DNA of 57,456 nucleotides from an uncultured Arcobacteraceae bacterium (GTDB lineage: Bacteria; Campylobacterota; Campylobacteria; Campylobacterales; Arcobacteraceae): NCBI GenBank assembly GCA_964022095.1, contig CAXHZO010000014.1, positions 1 to 57,456 on the forward strand, given 5' to 3'. The notes under the pieces are model-generated. The model was not told the origin of the DNA and did no database searches. It worked only from the letters and a program-made list of their open reading frames with translations. Shown piece after piece: positions 9,316-18,948 of the stretch. A program made the translations under genes and the position numbers. Positions within the stretch are counted from its first letter, which is position 1, and every line of letters begins with the position of its first letter.

Positions 9316-10542
9316 ATGAAAAAAATATTAGTAATAGGCTATGTTTGGCCAGAACCAAACTCTTCAGCAGCAGGAAGTCATATTATGTCAATAATGAGAC
9401 TTTTTCTAGCCCAAGATTGGAAAGTAGAGTTTGCAACTCCTTGTGCACTTAGTGAACATATGATTGACCTAGAAGCAGAAGGAATTAGTAGCAAAAGTAT
9501 TGAACTAAACAGTGATAGTTTTGATGTATATATTAGTACTTATGCTCCTGATATTGTGATGTTTGATAGATTTATGATGGAAGAACAATTTGGGTGGAGA
9601 GTAGAAAAAAACTGCCCAAATGCACTAAAAATACTTGATACAGAGGATCTACAATGTCTTAGAAATGCTAGACATAAAGCCTTAAAAGAAAATAGACAGG
9701 TAAATAAATCTGATTTATTTAGCGATTTAGCAAAAAGAGAAATTGCAGCTATTTTAAGATGTGATATTTCTTTAATCATATCATCTTATGAAATGCAGCT
9801 TTTAGTAGATACATTTAATATAGATGAAAACCTATTACATCATCTTCCTTTTATGGTAAATTTTGATAAATGTCCAAAAGAGACAAAAAGTTTTGAACAA
9901 AGAGAACACTTTATCACAATAGGAAACTTCCGTCATGCTCCAAATTGGGATGTTGTTTTATACTTACAAAGAATTTGGCCACTTATAAGAAAAGAGTTAC
10001 CAAATGCTGAACTTCACATATATGGCTCATACCCTCCTCCCAAAGCTACAGCACTAAATAATCCTAAAACAGGTTTTTTAATAAAAGGCTGGGCTAAAGA
10101 TGCATATGAAGTAATGCAAAACTCAAAACTATGCTTAGCTCCAATAAGATTTGGAGCAGGAATAAAAGGTAAACTTCTTGATGCAATGATTACAAAAACA
10201 CCAAGTATCACTACAACAATTGGCAGTGAAGGAATGAAAGATGATGAATCTTGGCCAGGTGAAATTACTGATGATATGGAAGTATTTGCTAAAAAGTCAA
10301 TAGAACTATATAAAAACAAACAACTATGGGAAAAAGCACAAAAAAACTGTGATATTTTATTAAAGTCAAAATACGATGGGAAAATACTTGGGAAAGAGCT
10401 TATTTTCAAAATACTAAAAGTTGAAAAAGAGTTAAAAAACCATAGGTTAAATAATTTTATTGGTTCAATGCTCAAACATCACACAATGGCTAGTACAAAA
10501 TACATGTCACAATGGATTGCAGAAAAAAATTCAAAACTTTAA
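9316..10542 (+). CDS. Glycosyltransferase family 4 protein
   Basis: WPEPNSSAAG, IGNFRHAPN, APIRFGAGIKGKLLDAM...TTTIGSEGM GT-B C-terminal signature. Confidence 0.85.
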   Translation: MKKILVIGYVWPEPNSSAAGSHIMSIMRLFLAQDWKVEFATPCALSEHMIDLEAEGISSKSIELNSDSFDVYISTYAPDIVMFDRFMMEEQFGWRVEKNCPNALKILDTEDLQCLRNARHKALKENRQVNKSDLFSDLAKREIAAILRCDISLIISSYEMQLLVDTFNIDENLLHHLPFMVNFDKCPKETKSFEQREHFITIGNFRHAPNWDVVLYLQRIWPLIRKELPNAELHIYGSYPPPKATALNNPKTGFLIKGWAKDAYEVMQNSKLCLAPIRFGAGIKGKLLDAMITKTPSITTTIGSEGMKDDESWPGEITDDMEVFAKKSIELYKNKQLWEKAQKNCDILLKSKYDGKILGKELIFKILKVEKELKNHRLNNFIGSMLKHHTMASTKYMSQWIAEKNSKL

Positions 10543-10580
10543 AAATAATAAACTTAATCATCTTTTTATTAAAAAAACAA

Positions 10581-10635
10581 TAAAATGAATTATTAATCAA
10601 TTTAAATTCATGAAATTAAAATGAATTATTAATCA
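10581..10635 (+). repeat. Perfect 19-bp direct repeat TAAAATGAATTATTAATCA x2 upstream of the pel cluster
   Basis: Copies read at 10581-10599 and 10617-10635. Confidence 0.9.
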
Positions 10636-10655
10636 TCTTAACCTTATGGAAAACC

Positions 10656-12482
10656 ATGAAATTAAAATTTCTCTTTATTATTTTTTTAAGTTTTTTTTAC
10701 ATACTTAATGCTAATGAAATTAAAAGAAAAATACTTGTAATACATCCAGAAATTGAACTTATATTCAATGAAAATGTACATACAAAATTAGCTTCAATTC
10801 TAAATCATTATGGATATTATGTTGATTTTGCAACAAATACTTTAGATGATGCTCCAAAAAACATAGATGAATACGTAGGTTTTATCACATGGGATTATTC
10901 ACAAAAAATAAAAGATCCAGTTAAATATATAAAATATCTTACAAAGTTTAAAAACAAAAAAAACATGATTATTGGTGATATTCCTTACATTGATAAAGAA
11001 GGAAAAAATCACTTAAATGAAATTAATGTAATTTTAAAAGAAAATTTTGGTTTTACATTTGAAAACTTTTGGACAGATAATATGTCTTTAGTTAGACAAG
11101 AATATGATAAAAATTTATTTGATTTTGAGAAAAAGATCTCTTTTATTACTAAAAAAGATTTTATAGAAATAAAAACATACGATGATAGTATTAAACCTCT
11201 ATTTAAAGAAACATATGAAGATAAAATTTCAAATAGTGTGTTTTTAGCAAACTGGGGATTATTTGCAAGGGCCAATAAAATATTTTATACCTCTTCTCAA
11301 ACTGGGAAAAATAGATGGTTAGCTGATCCATTTAAATTAGTATCCATGGTTTACGATACAAATTATCCGATTCCTGATACTACAACTATTGAAGGGAAAA
11401 GAGTTGCTTATATACATTTAGATGGTGATGGAATTTTATCAAAATCTTTTAATGGCAAATATACAATCCAAAATGGATTGGATTTTATAAAAGAACAAAA
11501 TATAAAAACAGGTGTATCTTTTGTAACAGGAGAGCTTGATGAAAAGAATCCTATATATAAAAACCCAATTTATTCTCATCTAAAAGATTTTAAACCTAAA
11601 CTATTTAACAACTATGCAAGTAAGATTTTAAACCTTAAACATGTTGAACCAGCATCACATACCCACAGCCATCCATTTAATTGGAGAAAAGGCATGTATG
11701 CTTATGCAATAACAGATAATGATATAAAAAAAGTTAACTACACAGAAAATGTTATAGCATATCAAACAAAAAACAAAAAAGTTGACTTACAAAAAGAAGT
11801 TATTGACTCAATAAATTATATTCAAAAGCTCGTTCCCTCAAAAAAAGTACAAACACTTTACTGGACAGGAGATTGTTATCCTTCACTTAGAGATTTAAAG
11901 TTTATGGATGACAACAATATATTAGCTATGAATGGTGGAGATAGTAGGTTTGATTCACAATTCAACAGTTATTCATATGTAACGCCAATTGGTTTATACA
12001 ATAGTGTAGCGTCTCAAATATACTCTTCAAATAGTAATGAAAACACTTATACAGATGATTGGACAAAAGATCATTGGAGATTTAAAAACATTACTACGAC
12101 TTTCAAAAATACAGGTTATCCAAAAAGAATAAAACCAATTAATTTATATTATCACTTTTATGCCTTTGCAAAAAAAGGTTCTTTTAATGCTCTAAAAAAA
12201 ACTTATGATTATTTAAAAAACAACAATTTAGCAATTATTTATCCAAGTGTATTTATGAAAAAAGTAAAGAATTTTTATGATATTAAAATCGAAAAAATAT
12301 CAAATACAGTCTTTGATATTTCTAACTTAAAAGACTTAAGAGAGTTTAGATTTGAAGGAAATAAAAAAATAGAGTTCAATAAAAGTATTAAATCTGTAAA
12401 TTATGATTATAACCTTGATGTTACTTATGTAACAGTAGTAAATGACATAAATAAAATTAGAATTAAATTATCAAATGAATAA
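10656..12482 (+). CDS. pelA: PelA-like polysaccharide deacetylase (CE4-like domain only; no N-terminal glycoside hydrolase domain)
   Basis: Signal peptide; PelA-type motifs PDTTTIEGKR, HLDGDG, ASHTHSHP, WTGDC, NGG, NENTYT..W, KPINLYYHFY. Confidence 0.85.
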   Translation: MKLKFLFIIFLSFFYILNANEIKRKILVIHPEIELIFNENVHTKLASILNHYGYYVDFATNTLDDAPKNIDEYVGFITWDYSQKIKDPVKYIKYLTKFKNKKNMIIGDIPYIDKEGKNHLNEINVILKENFGFTFENFWTDNMSLVRQEYDKNLFDFEKKISFITKKDFIEIKTYDDSIKPLFKETYEDKISNSVFLANWGLFARANKIFYTSSQTGKNRWLADPFKLVSMVYDTNYPIPDTTTIEGKRVAYIHLDGDGILSKSFNGKYTIQNGLDFIKEQNIKTGVSFVTGELDEKNPIYKNPIYSHLKDFKPKLFNNYASKILNLKHVEPASHTHSHPFNWRKGMYAYAITDNDIKKVNYTENVIAYQTKNKKVDLQKEVIDSINYIQKLVPSKKVQTLYWTGDCYPSLRDLKFMDDNNILAMNGGDSRFDSQFNSYSYVTPIGLYNSVASQIYSSNSNENTYTDDWTKDHWRFKNITTTFKNTGYPKRIKPINLYYHFYAFAKKGSFNALKKTYDYLKNNNLAIIYPSVFMKKVKNFYDIKIEKISNTVFDISNLKDLREFRFEGNKKIEFNKSIKSVNYDYNLDVTYVTVVNDINKIRIKLSNE

Positions 12483-15390
12483 AAAATATATTTTAATAGT
12501 AGTCTCATTATTAGTAATATTTTTAATTATTGCACAATTAATCAAACCAGATAATAAAGAACTTTCATATGTATATGAAAAATCTAACAACATCGAAAAA
12601 CTAAAAGTTGTCTATGACGATAGCTTAGAAAAAGACCCGAAAAATTTAGAACTACAAGAAAAATACAAAGACACACTTGAATTATTACAAGATGATGAAT
12701 ATATAGAGTATTCAAAAGAGTTCTATAAAAAAACAAAAGATTTAAAAACCATAAAGAAAATCATTACATACTACAAATCAAATAAAGATTATGAAAATAG
12801 CCTAATTTGGCTAGAAAAAATGTACTCTCAAACAAATGATGAAAAAATACTAAAAGAGATTATTGACCTAACAAGCTTTACAAAAAAAACTGAACTACAA
12901 AAAAAATACCTATTAGAGCAATATCAAAAAACAAAAGAGACTACAATTTTATTTGAACTATATAATATAGGGTATAAAGATTTTAGTTTAAATACACTAT
13001 TTAATTTAGCATATGAAAAAAAACTAGATAAAAATGATTACATCAAAACATTTAGATACTTAATTTATGCAAAGGATTTTGAAAAAGCAAACCTTCTATA
13101 CTTTAGACACAATCTAGTAGAACTAAATATAAAAGAAAATAAAGATTTATATATTTATTTAAATGAACATTATAAAAACACAACTGAATTAAAAAAGATT
13201 TATTTAAAACTTTATGAAAAGACAAAAGATAAAAAGTATTTTGAAAACCTTGAGTATTTCTATGTTGATGAAGGAGAAATTGAAACTTTTCTAAAGTTAC
13301 ATAGAAAAAAATATGAAAAAACAAAATCAAAAAATAGTTTAGATATGTTGATAAGATATTCAAAACTTAATGAAAAAACATTAGATTACTTATCGTATTT
13401 AGAGATAAAAGCAATAAATCAAGAAGATGATATGATAATGAAAACAATCATTTCAGAATATATTGATCTTGAAGAAGATAAAAAGCTAAAAAGCTTTTTA
13501 GATAAAATAACACGGTTTAGCCATAACAATGACAATGTAAGAGATGTACTAATTAATTCATATGTTTATTTGCAAGAGTACAAAAAAGCTGAAAAGATTA
13601 TCTATTCTCATTCACCTAAAGAGCTTGAACCTTATTTAGTATATTCAGTTTTTCAAGATAAAATAAATAAAAACAATGAATCATATTTTTTAAATGCTTT
13701 ATCAAAAAAAACAGATGAGAATCTATTAAAAAAACTATTTAATTTCAAATATAAAAATAGTAATTTATTTACACAAGAGACTTATAAATATTTTAATAAG
13801 CCAAATACTTTTAAAAAGTTAAATTTTTATACAAAATATTTTTCAAAAAAACAAAAAGAGAAAATATATTTTAATTTTTCACTTAAATCAACTGATCCAC
13901 AGTTTTTAGCACAAGTATCTCAATACTTCTTAAATCAGAACAATTATATTTATTCAAAAGAGATTTCTAAAAATGCATTAAGTATTTATCCAAATAATAA
14001 ACTTGCATTAAAAACTATAGCATTAACTAGTTTATGGCAAAAGAATTATAATGACTCTTTAAAGTATCTTAAAAGACTTTCAAAAATTGATGAAAACAAT
14101 ATTGAAGTCTTATTTTACTTAGGACAAACCTTTGAACTAAAAAATAAAAAAAATACTGCAAATATGTACTATCAAAAAGTCCTAGATAATTCAGATGACA
14201 AAAAAAACAAGTTTTATTTGATATCAAAAGCAAAATTATCTAATATAGAGAAAATCAAAAATGACTTTGAAGAAATCATAAAAGACTCAAACTATAATGA
14301 ATACTTAATTTCTGAGTATCTAAATCTTTATTTTGAGCAAAAATATTATGATAAAATTCTAACACTACTTGATAAATATTCACAAATTGAAAAAAGTAGT
14401 TCATTATTACAAAAAATTAGAATACAAACACTTTTAGCTAAAAAAGATATAGATAACTCAATTTTACTAATAAAAGATTTTGAAAATAAAAATCCATTAG
14501 ATAATGATTTAAAATACTTTTATCAAGATTTAGCAAATATTTATTTTAACAATAATAAAAATAAGTTAGCCTATGAAAATTATATTATTAGTAAAAAACT
14601 TGGACTTGAGAATAAAGCTTTAAACAAACAATTACAACACTTAAACAAATATTTAAATTCATCAATAAAGACTAGTTTTGGGATTCAAAATGATATAAAA
14701 AAAGGAAGTATCCAAGCTGAATATGTTGATAATTTTAGATTAAAAGTAAGATATGATCAATTAGAAAAATATGGCTCAGCAAAAGCAGAACTAAGTGACA
14801 TTAATGAAAACTATACTCTAGGACTAGGGAAGGATTATTATAAATTACAGTTTAACAATATTTTAAATGAACCTCTTTCTATTTACGTAAAAAAAGAAAT
14901 TGATAAGAACTCTGTTTCAACTATTAATGACCAATTAATATATAAAAACTATGGGGCAAAATTTCAAACAACTGTTTTAGACGATTTATATTTAAGTAGC
15001 AAAATAGATTACTTTGATTATGAAAATAGTAATTTAACAAGACTTAGATTAGAAAATTCTGTTTATTACAATTTTACTAAAAGATATTATGTAAATTTAT
15101 CATATATTTATGAGAACGTAAAAAATCAAAATGCCTATGGGTATGATGATTTATCATATCCTATATTAGCACTTGGATCAAATGATACAATTTCAAAGAA
15201 TCTTAGTTATAACTACAATACTGGAATAGAATATAAAAATAGTGATTATAATCCATTTGTAAACATAAATTTATATTATGATAATAAATATTTATCTAGT
15301 AGTTTAGTTAGTAGTTTTTCTAAAGATGACTTGACCGATAAATACAATTACAACAGTATGATTAACTTTTCATACAATTTTATAGATTAA
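12475..15390 (+). CDS. pelB: PelB-like TPR protein with a C-terminal beta-strand-rich (porin-like) region
   Basis: N-terminal hydrophobic segment, TPR-like helices (ALSIYPNN, VLFYLGQ), alternating aromatic strands in the last ~250 aa; position between pelA and pelD. Confidence 0.65.
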   Translation: MNKKYILIVVSLLVIFLIIAQLIKPDNKELSYVYEKSNNIEKLKVVYDDSLEKDPKNLELQEKYKDTLELLQDDEYIEYSKEFYKKTKDLKTIKKIITYYKSNKDYENSLIWLEKMYSQTNDEKILKEIIDLTSFTKKTELQKKYLLEQYQKTKETTILFELYNIGYKDFSLNTLFNLAYEKKLDKNDYIKTFRYLIYAKDFEKANLLYFRHNLVELNIKENKDLYIYLNEHYKNTTELKKIYLKLYEKTKDKKYFENLEYFYVDEGEIETFLKLHRKKYEKTKSKNSLDMLIRYSKLNEKTLDYLSYLEIKAINQEDDMIMKTIISEYIDLEEDKKLKSFLDKITRFSHNNDNVRDVLINSYVYLQEYKKAEKIIYSHSPKELEPYLVYSVFQDKINKNNESYFLNALSKKTDENLLKKLFNFKYKNSNLFTQETYKYFNKPNTFKKLNFYTKYFSKKQKEKIYFNFSLKSTDPQFLAQVSQYFLNQNNYIYSKEISKNALSIYPNNKLALKTIALTSLWQKNYNDSLKYLKRLSKIDENNIEVLFYLGQTFELKNKKNTANMYYQKVLDNSDDKKNKFYLISKAKLSNIEKIKNDFEEIIKDSNYNEYLISEYLNLYFEQKYYDKILTLLDKYSQIEKSSSLLQKIRIQTLLAKKDIDNSILLIKDFENKNPLDNDLKYFYQDLANIYFNNNKNKLAYENYIISKKLGLENKALNKQLQHLNKYLNSSIKTSFGIQNDIKKGSIQAEYVDNFRLKVRYDQLEKYGSAKAELSDINENYTLGLGKDYYKLQFNNILNEPLSIYVKKEIDKNSVSTINDQLIYKNYGAKFQTTVLDDLYLSSKIDYFDYENSNLTRLRLENSVYYNFTKRYYVNLSYIYENVKNQNAYGYDDLSYPILALGSNDTISKNLSYNYNTGIEYKNSDYNPFVNINLYYDNKYLSSSLVSSFSKDDLTDKYNYNSMINFSYNFID

Positions 15391-15399
15391 GGAATTTAC

Positions 15400-16614
15400 T
15401 TGATACCCGTATATTTGATTTCAGCTTTAATGTTAATTTTATCATTACAAAGAAAAATGAATTTTATTTTATTCATTATTTTATTTATAATTTTGAGTGT
15501 TGGATATTATATGATTTCTGATGAAATACTAAAATTCTATCCAAATTTTGAGAGCTTATCAATTTATGAAGAATCCTTTTTAAAATATTTTCCTTATTTA
15601 TTAATAGCTTCTGTTACACTATTAATTAGATTTGAACTAAAGAAAAACGAGGAAGAAACTGTTGAACTAAAAAACAAAATGTCTCTTTTAGAAAACAAAA
15701 TTCAAAGAATATTTAAACTAAGTACAAAAGTTAGGAAAGATAAAAAAGAGATTGAAAAAAGACTAATTTCTGATGAAAAAGAGTCTTTAAAAATTAGAGA
15801 TATTATATATGAAATATCAAGTTTCAATACAAATCAAATAGAAAAAAATATTTTAGAATATTTTTCAAAAGTTATTCCTAGTGCAAAGATGAGTTTTTTC
15901 ATAAATGATAACAATATAATAAAATATTCATACTCTAATTATGAAACATCTCAAAAAGAGATAAGTGAATACCTGATAAAAGAAGTAAAACAAAGTGATA
16001 AAAGTATATTAACAATCACAAATAGTAAGTATCTAGATGATTACTCTATAATAATACCTATTAAAATGAATAATAAAAAGATTTATGGATTAATTACAGT
16101 TGATAAAATTAACTTTGAAGAATTAAATAGAGTTACAATAAATAACCTATCTTACTTTAAAGAGTTATTATCTTTGCAAATTAAAAACTCTATTATCTAC
16201 AAAAAACAAAAAGAAAACTCTTTTTCATACAATGAAAAAAACATATACAATTTCAACTTCTTAAGAAAACTTCTGGATTTAGAGATCTCAATTGCAAAAA
16301 GACATAATATAAGATCTTTAGTTTTAGTTTTAAATAGCCCATCATTTACCAATATTGAAGAAAACGAAGATACTATTTTTGAGAATATTGAAAAAATGTA
16401 TAAGTCATTATTTAGAAAAAATGATTTAATTTTTTATAACCATAAAAACAATAACTTTGTAATTCTTTTAACTTTAACAGCTGAAGACAAGTATATCTAC
16501 ATTAAAAATAAAATTGAGAAATATCAAATTGATTATGACTTTACTTACAATCATATTATAATTAATGAAAATTCAAATAGAAATGAAATTCTAGAAATGT
16601 TGGAAAAGATATGA
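15400..16614 (+). CDS. pelD: PelD-like c-di-GMP receptor (TM helices, GAF, degenerate GGDEF)
   Basis: N-terminal TM helices, coiled coil, GAF-like IIPIK...YGLITVDKINF, and an RxxD I-site (FRKND) with no GGDEF motif. Confidence 0.75.
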   Translation: MIPVYLISALMLILSLQRKMNFILFIILFIILSVGYYMISDEILKFYPNFESLSIYEESFLKYFPYLLIASVTLLIRFELKKNEEETVELKNKMSLLENKIQRIFKLSTKVRKDKKEIEKRLISDEKESLKIRDIIYEISSFNTNQIEKNILEYFSKVIPSAKMSFFINDNNIIKYSYSNYETSQKEISEYLIKEVKQSDKSILTITNSKYLDDYSIIIPIKMNNKKIYGLITVDKINFEELNRVTINNLSYFKELLSLQIKNSIIYKKQKENSFSYNEKNIYNFNFLRKLLDLEISIAKRHNIRSLVLVLNSPSFTNIEENEDTIFENIEKMYKSLFRKNDLIFYNHKNNNFVILLTLTAEDKYIYIKNKIEKYQIDYDFTYNHIIINENSNRNEILEMLEKI

Positions 16615-17447
16615 TAAGTTGGATAATTCTTCTAATTTTATTTACTCTACTATTTCAAAGCATAGGCTTTGTTTGTGTAATAGTATCTATTATTTTATAT
16701 CTTGCATTTAGCAAATTTTCAAAAAAAGACTCTATAGAACTTTTTACTGAAAAAAGTATAGATGGAAATATAATTCAAAAGATTGACCAATACGAAGTAG
16801 AAATGAACCAAGAGGTTTTTGATATAAACAAATTAGATTCATATAAAGATATACTTTATAATGGACAAGAAAACGAAAAAATCGATTTAATTGGTATGGT
16901 TATTTTTAATCCTACAAAAGAGTTTATTTCATTAATAAGAATTGCATTAAATGATGAAAATGAAACAGTAAGAATTCTTGCAAGTAACTCTTTACAAAAA
17001 TTTGAAAACTTTTTTGATGATACTATAGAGAAATTAATAAAAGAGTATAAAAAAACAAATGACGAAAAGTATTTAATAGATTTAATAAAAACATATGATA
17101 ACTATATAAACTCTACTTTATTAGATAGTTTTCTACATAAAAAATATATTAATAAAATATTTACTTTATTTAATGAAATAAAAAATATTGAATCTAAAAA
17201 AATACTTTATAGTTTATATTTAAAACTAGCTGTAAAGTATAATCATGATAAAGATTTAGAAACAAAACTAATAAACTTTGTTCAATACAACCCATCAAAT
17301 GAAAACTTATTTATGATTTGTGAGTACTTCTTTAAACAATCAAATATCAAAGAAATTTATAAATATCTTAAGAAAATAAATCCAAAAACTTTGAAATCTC
17401 AAAAGTTTAAAAATATATACCAATTTTGGATGAACAATGCCGCTTAG
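16611..17447 (+). CDS. pelE: PelE-like membrane-anchored HEAT/TPR protein
   Basis: Two TM segments, then RIALNDENETVRILA resembling the PelE motif; position between pelD and pelF. Confidence 0.7.
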   Translation: MISWIILLILFTLLFQSIGFVCVIVSIILYLAFSKFSKKDSIELFTEKSIDGNIIQKIDQYEVEMNQEVFDINKLDSYKDILYNGQENEKIDLIGMVIFNPTKEFISLIRIALNDENETVRILASNSLQKFENFFDDTIEKLIKEYKKTNDEKYLIDLIKTYDNYINSTLLDSFLHKKYINKIFTLFNEIKNIESKKILYSLYLKLAVKYNHDKDLETKLINFVQYNPSNENLFMICEYFFKQSNIKEIYKYLKKINPKTLKSQKFKNIYQFWMNNAA

Positions 17448-18948
17448 TAGATTTAAAAAGAAGATAACTCCTGATATTTGTCTTATAGTTGAAGGCTCAT
17501 ACCCATATGTTAAAGGTGGTGTTTCATCATGGTTACATCAAATACTTGAAAACTACAGTGAATTTACTTTTGATCTAGTTGTATTAGTTGCTAGTGATAA
17601 AGAAGAGTATATTTCACAATATGAAATACCTAAAAATGTAAATAAAATTCATCATATTTATATTAGTAAAAATGTTAAAAAACCTCTATTTTCTTTAGGG
17701 AAGATGTTTTTAAATAAAAAATTTAAAACATTTATTGATAATTTTTTCAGCTTTAAGGATTATGAAAAAGTAATTAAGGAAATTCAATCTTTATCAAAAA
17801 GCAAAAAAGAAAGATTATTGCAAGAAGTTTTATACTCAAAAGAGGCTTTTAATTTTTTAAATAAAATCTATGACGAAAGTTCATTTAGTTCTAAATCATA
17901 TATAGATTATTACTGGTCTTTAAAAAGTATATATTTTTCATTTTTTAATACCATATTAGCAGATATACCAAAAGCAAAAGTTTATCACACCATTTCTACA
18001 GGTTATGCAGGACTATTTGCTTCAGTTTGTAAAATCAAAAACCCTGATTCTAGAGTTATAATTACAGAGCATGGTATTTATACAAGAGAAAGAAAAATGG
18101 ATATTGCAATTGCGGATTGGGCAGATAGAAAATATGAAGAATATAATCCTAAAAACACTATATCACTTTATAAAGATATTTGGGATAAATCTTTTAGTTT
18201 AGTATCTAAAATTACTTATAAATATTGTGATGAGATCATCTCATTAAATAGTAAAAATAATCAAATACAAATCAAAGAAGGTGCAAAAAAGAAAAAAGTC
18301 TTTTTTGTAAGAAATGGAATAAACCTACAAAGATTCAAGTTTACATTAAGAGAAGAGATTAATCCTAACAATCTAAAAATAGGTTTCTTAGGAAGAGTAG
18401 TAAAAATTAAAGATGTAAAAACTTTTATTAAAGCTTCAAAAATTGTATGTAATAAATATCCAAAAGCACAGTTTTTAATTGCTGGACCAACAGCTGAAGA
18501 TGAAAGTTACTTTGAATCGTGTAAAAATTTAATTGATGCTTTAGAATTAAACTCAAATATTAAATTTTTAGGATTAGTAAAATCTAATGAATTTATAGAA
18601 AAAATTGATCTTATGGTTTTAACTTCATTATCAGAGGGACAGCCTTTAGTTTTAAGTGAAGCTAATGCATGTGGAGTACCTTGTATTGCAACTGATGTAG
18701 GAGGTTGTAAAGAGATGCTTAAAGGTGCAGCTGAAGATCAATGTGGAGTATCAGGTATTATTACAAAATCTGTAAACCCAAAACAAACAGCAGATGCAAT
18801 AATTACATTTATTGAAGATAAAAAACTATACAAACAAGCATCATTAAATGGAAGATTAAGAGCTGAAACTTTCTACAATGAAGTAAACTTTTTAGACTCT
18901 TATAGAGAAATATATACTAATAATATAAATCGTTCAAAGGTAAAATAA
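17437..18948 (+). CDS. pelF: GT4 glycosyltransferase PelF (DUF3492)
   Basis: EGSYPYVKGGVSSW, HTISTGYAG, TEHGIYTRER, GRVVKIKD, SLSEGQPL..SEA, TDVGGC. Confidence 0.95.
   Translation: MPLSRFKKKITPDICLIVEGSYPYVKGGVSSWLHQILENYSEFTFDLVVLVASDKEEYISQYEIPKNVNKIHHIYISKNVKKPLFSLGKMFLNKKFKTFIDNFFSFKDYEKVIKEIQSLSKSKKERLLQEVLYSKEAFNFLNKIYDESSFSSKSYIDYYWSLKSIYFSFFNTILADIPKAKVYHTISTGYAGLFASVCKIKNPDSRVIITEHGIYTRERKMDIAIADWADRKYEEYNPKNTISLYKDIWDKSFSLVSKITYKYCDEIISLNSKNNQIQIKEGAKKKKVFFVRNGINLQRFKFTLREEINPNNLKIGFLGRVVKIKDVKTFIKASKIVCNKYPKAQFLIAGPTAEDESYFESCKNLIDALELNSNIKFLGLVKSNEFIEKIDLMVLTSLSEGQPLVLSEANACGVPCIATDVGGCKEMLKGAAEDQCGVSGIITKSVNPKQTADAIITFIEDKKLYKQASLNGRLRAETFYNEVNFLDSYREIYTNNINRSKVK

Noticed and set aside
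10581-10635. 19-bp repeat pair as a mini CRISPR array
   Set aside because: Only two copies, a 17-bp spacer, a very AT-rich repeat and no cas genes.
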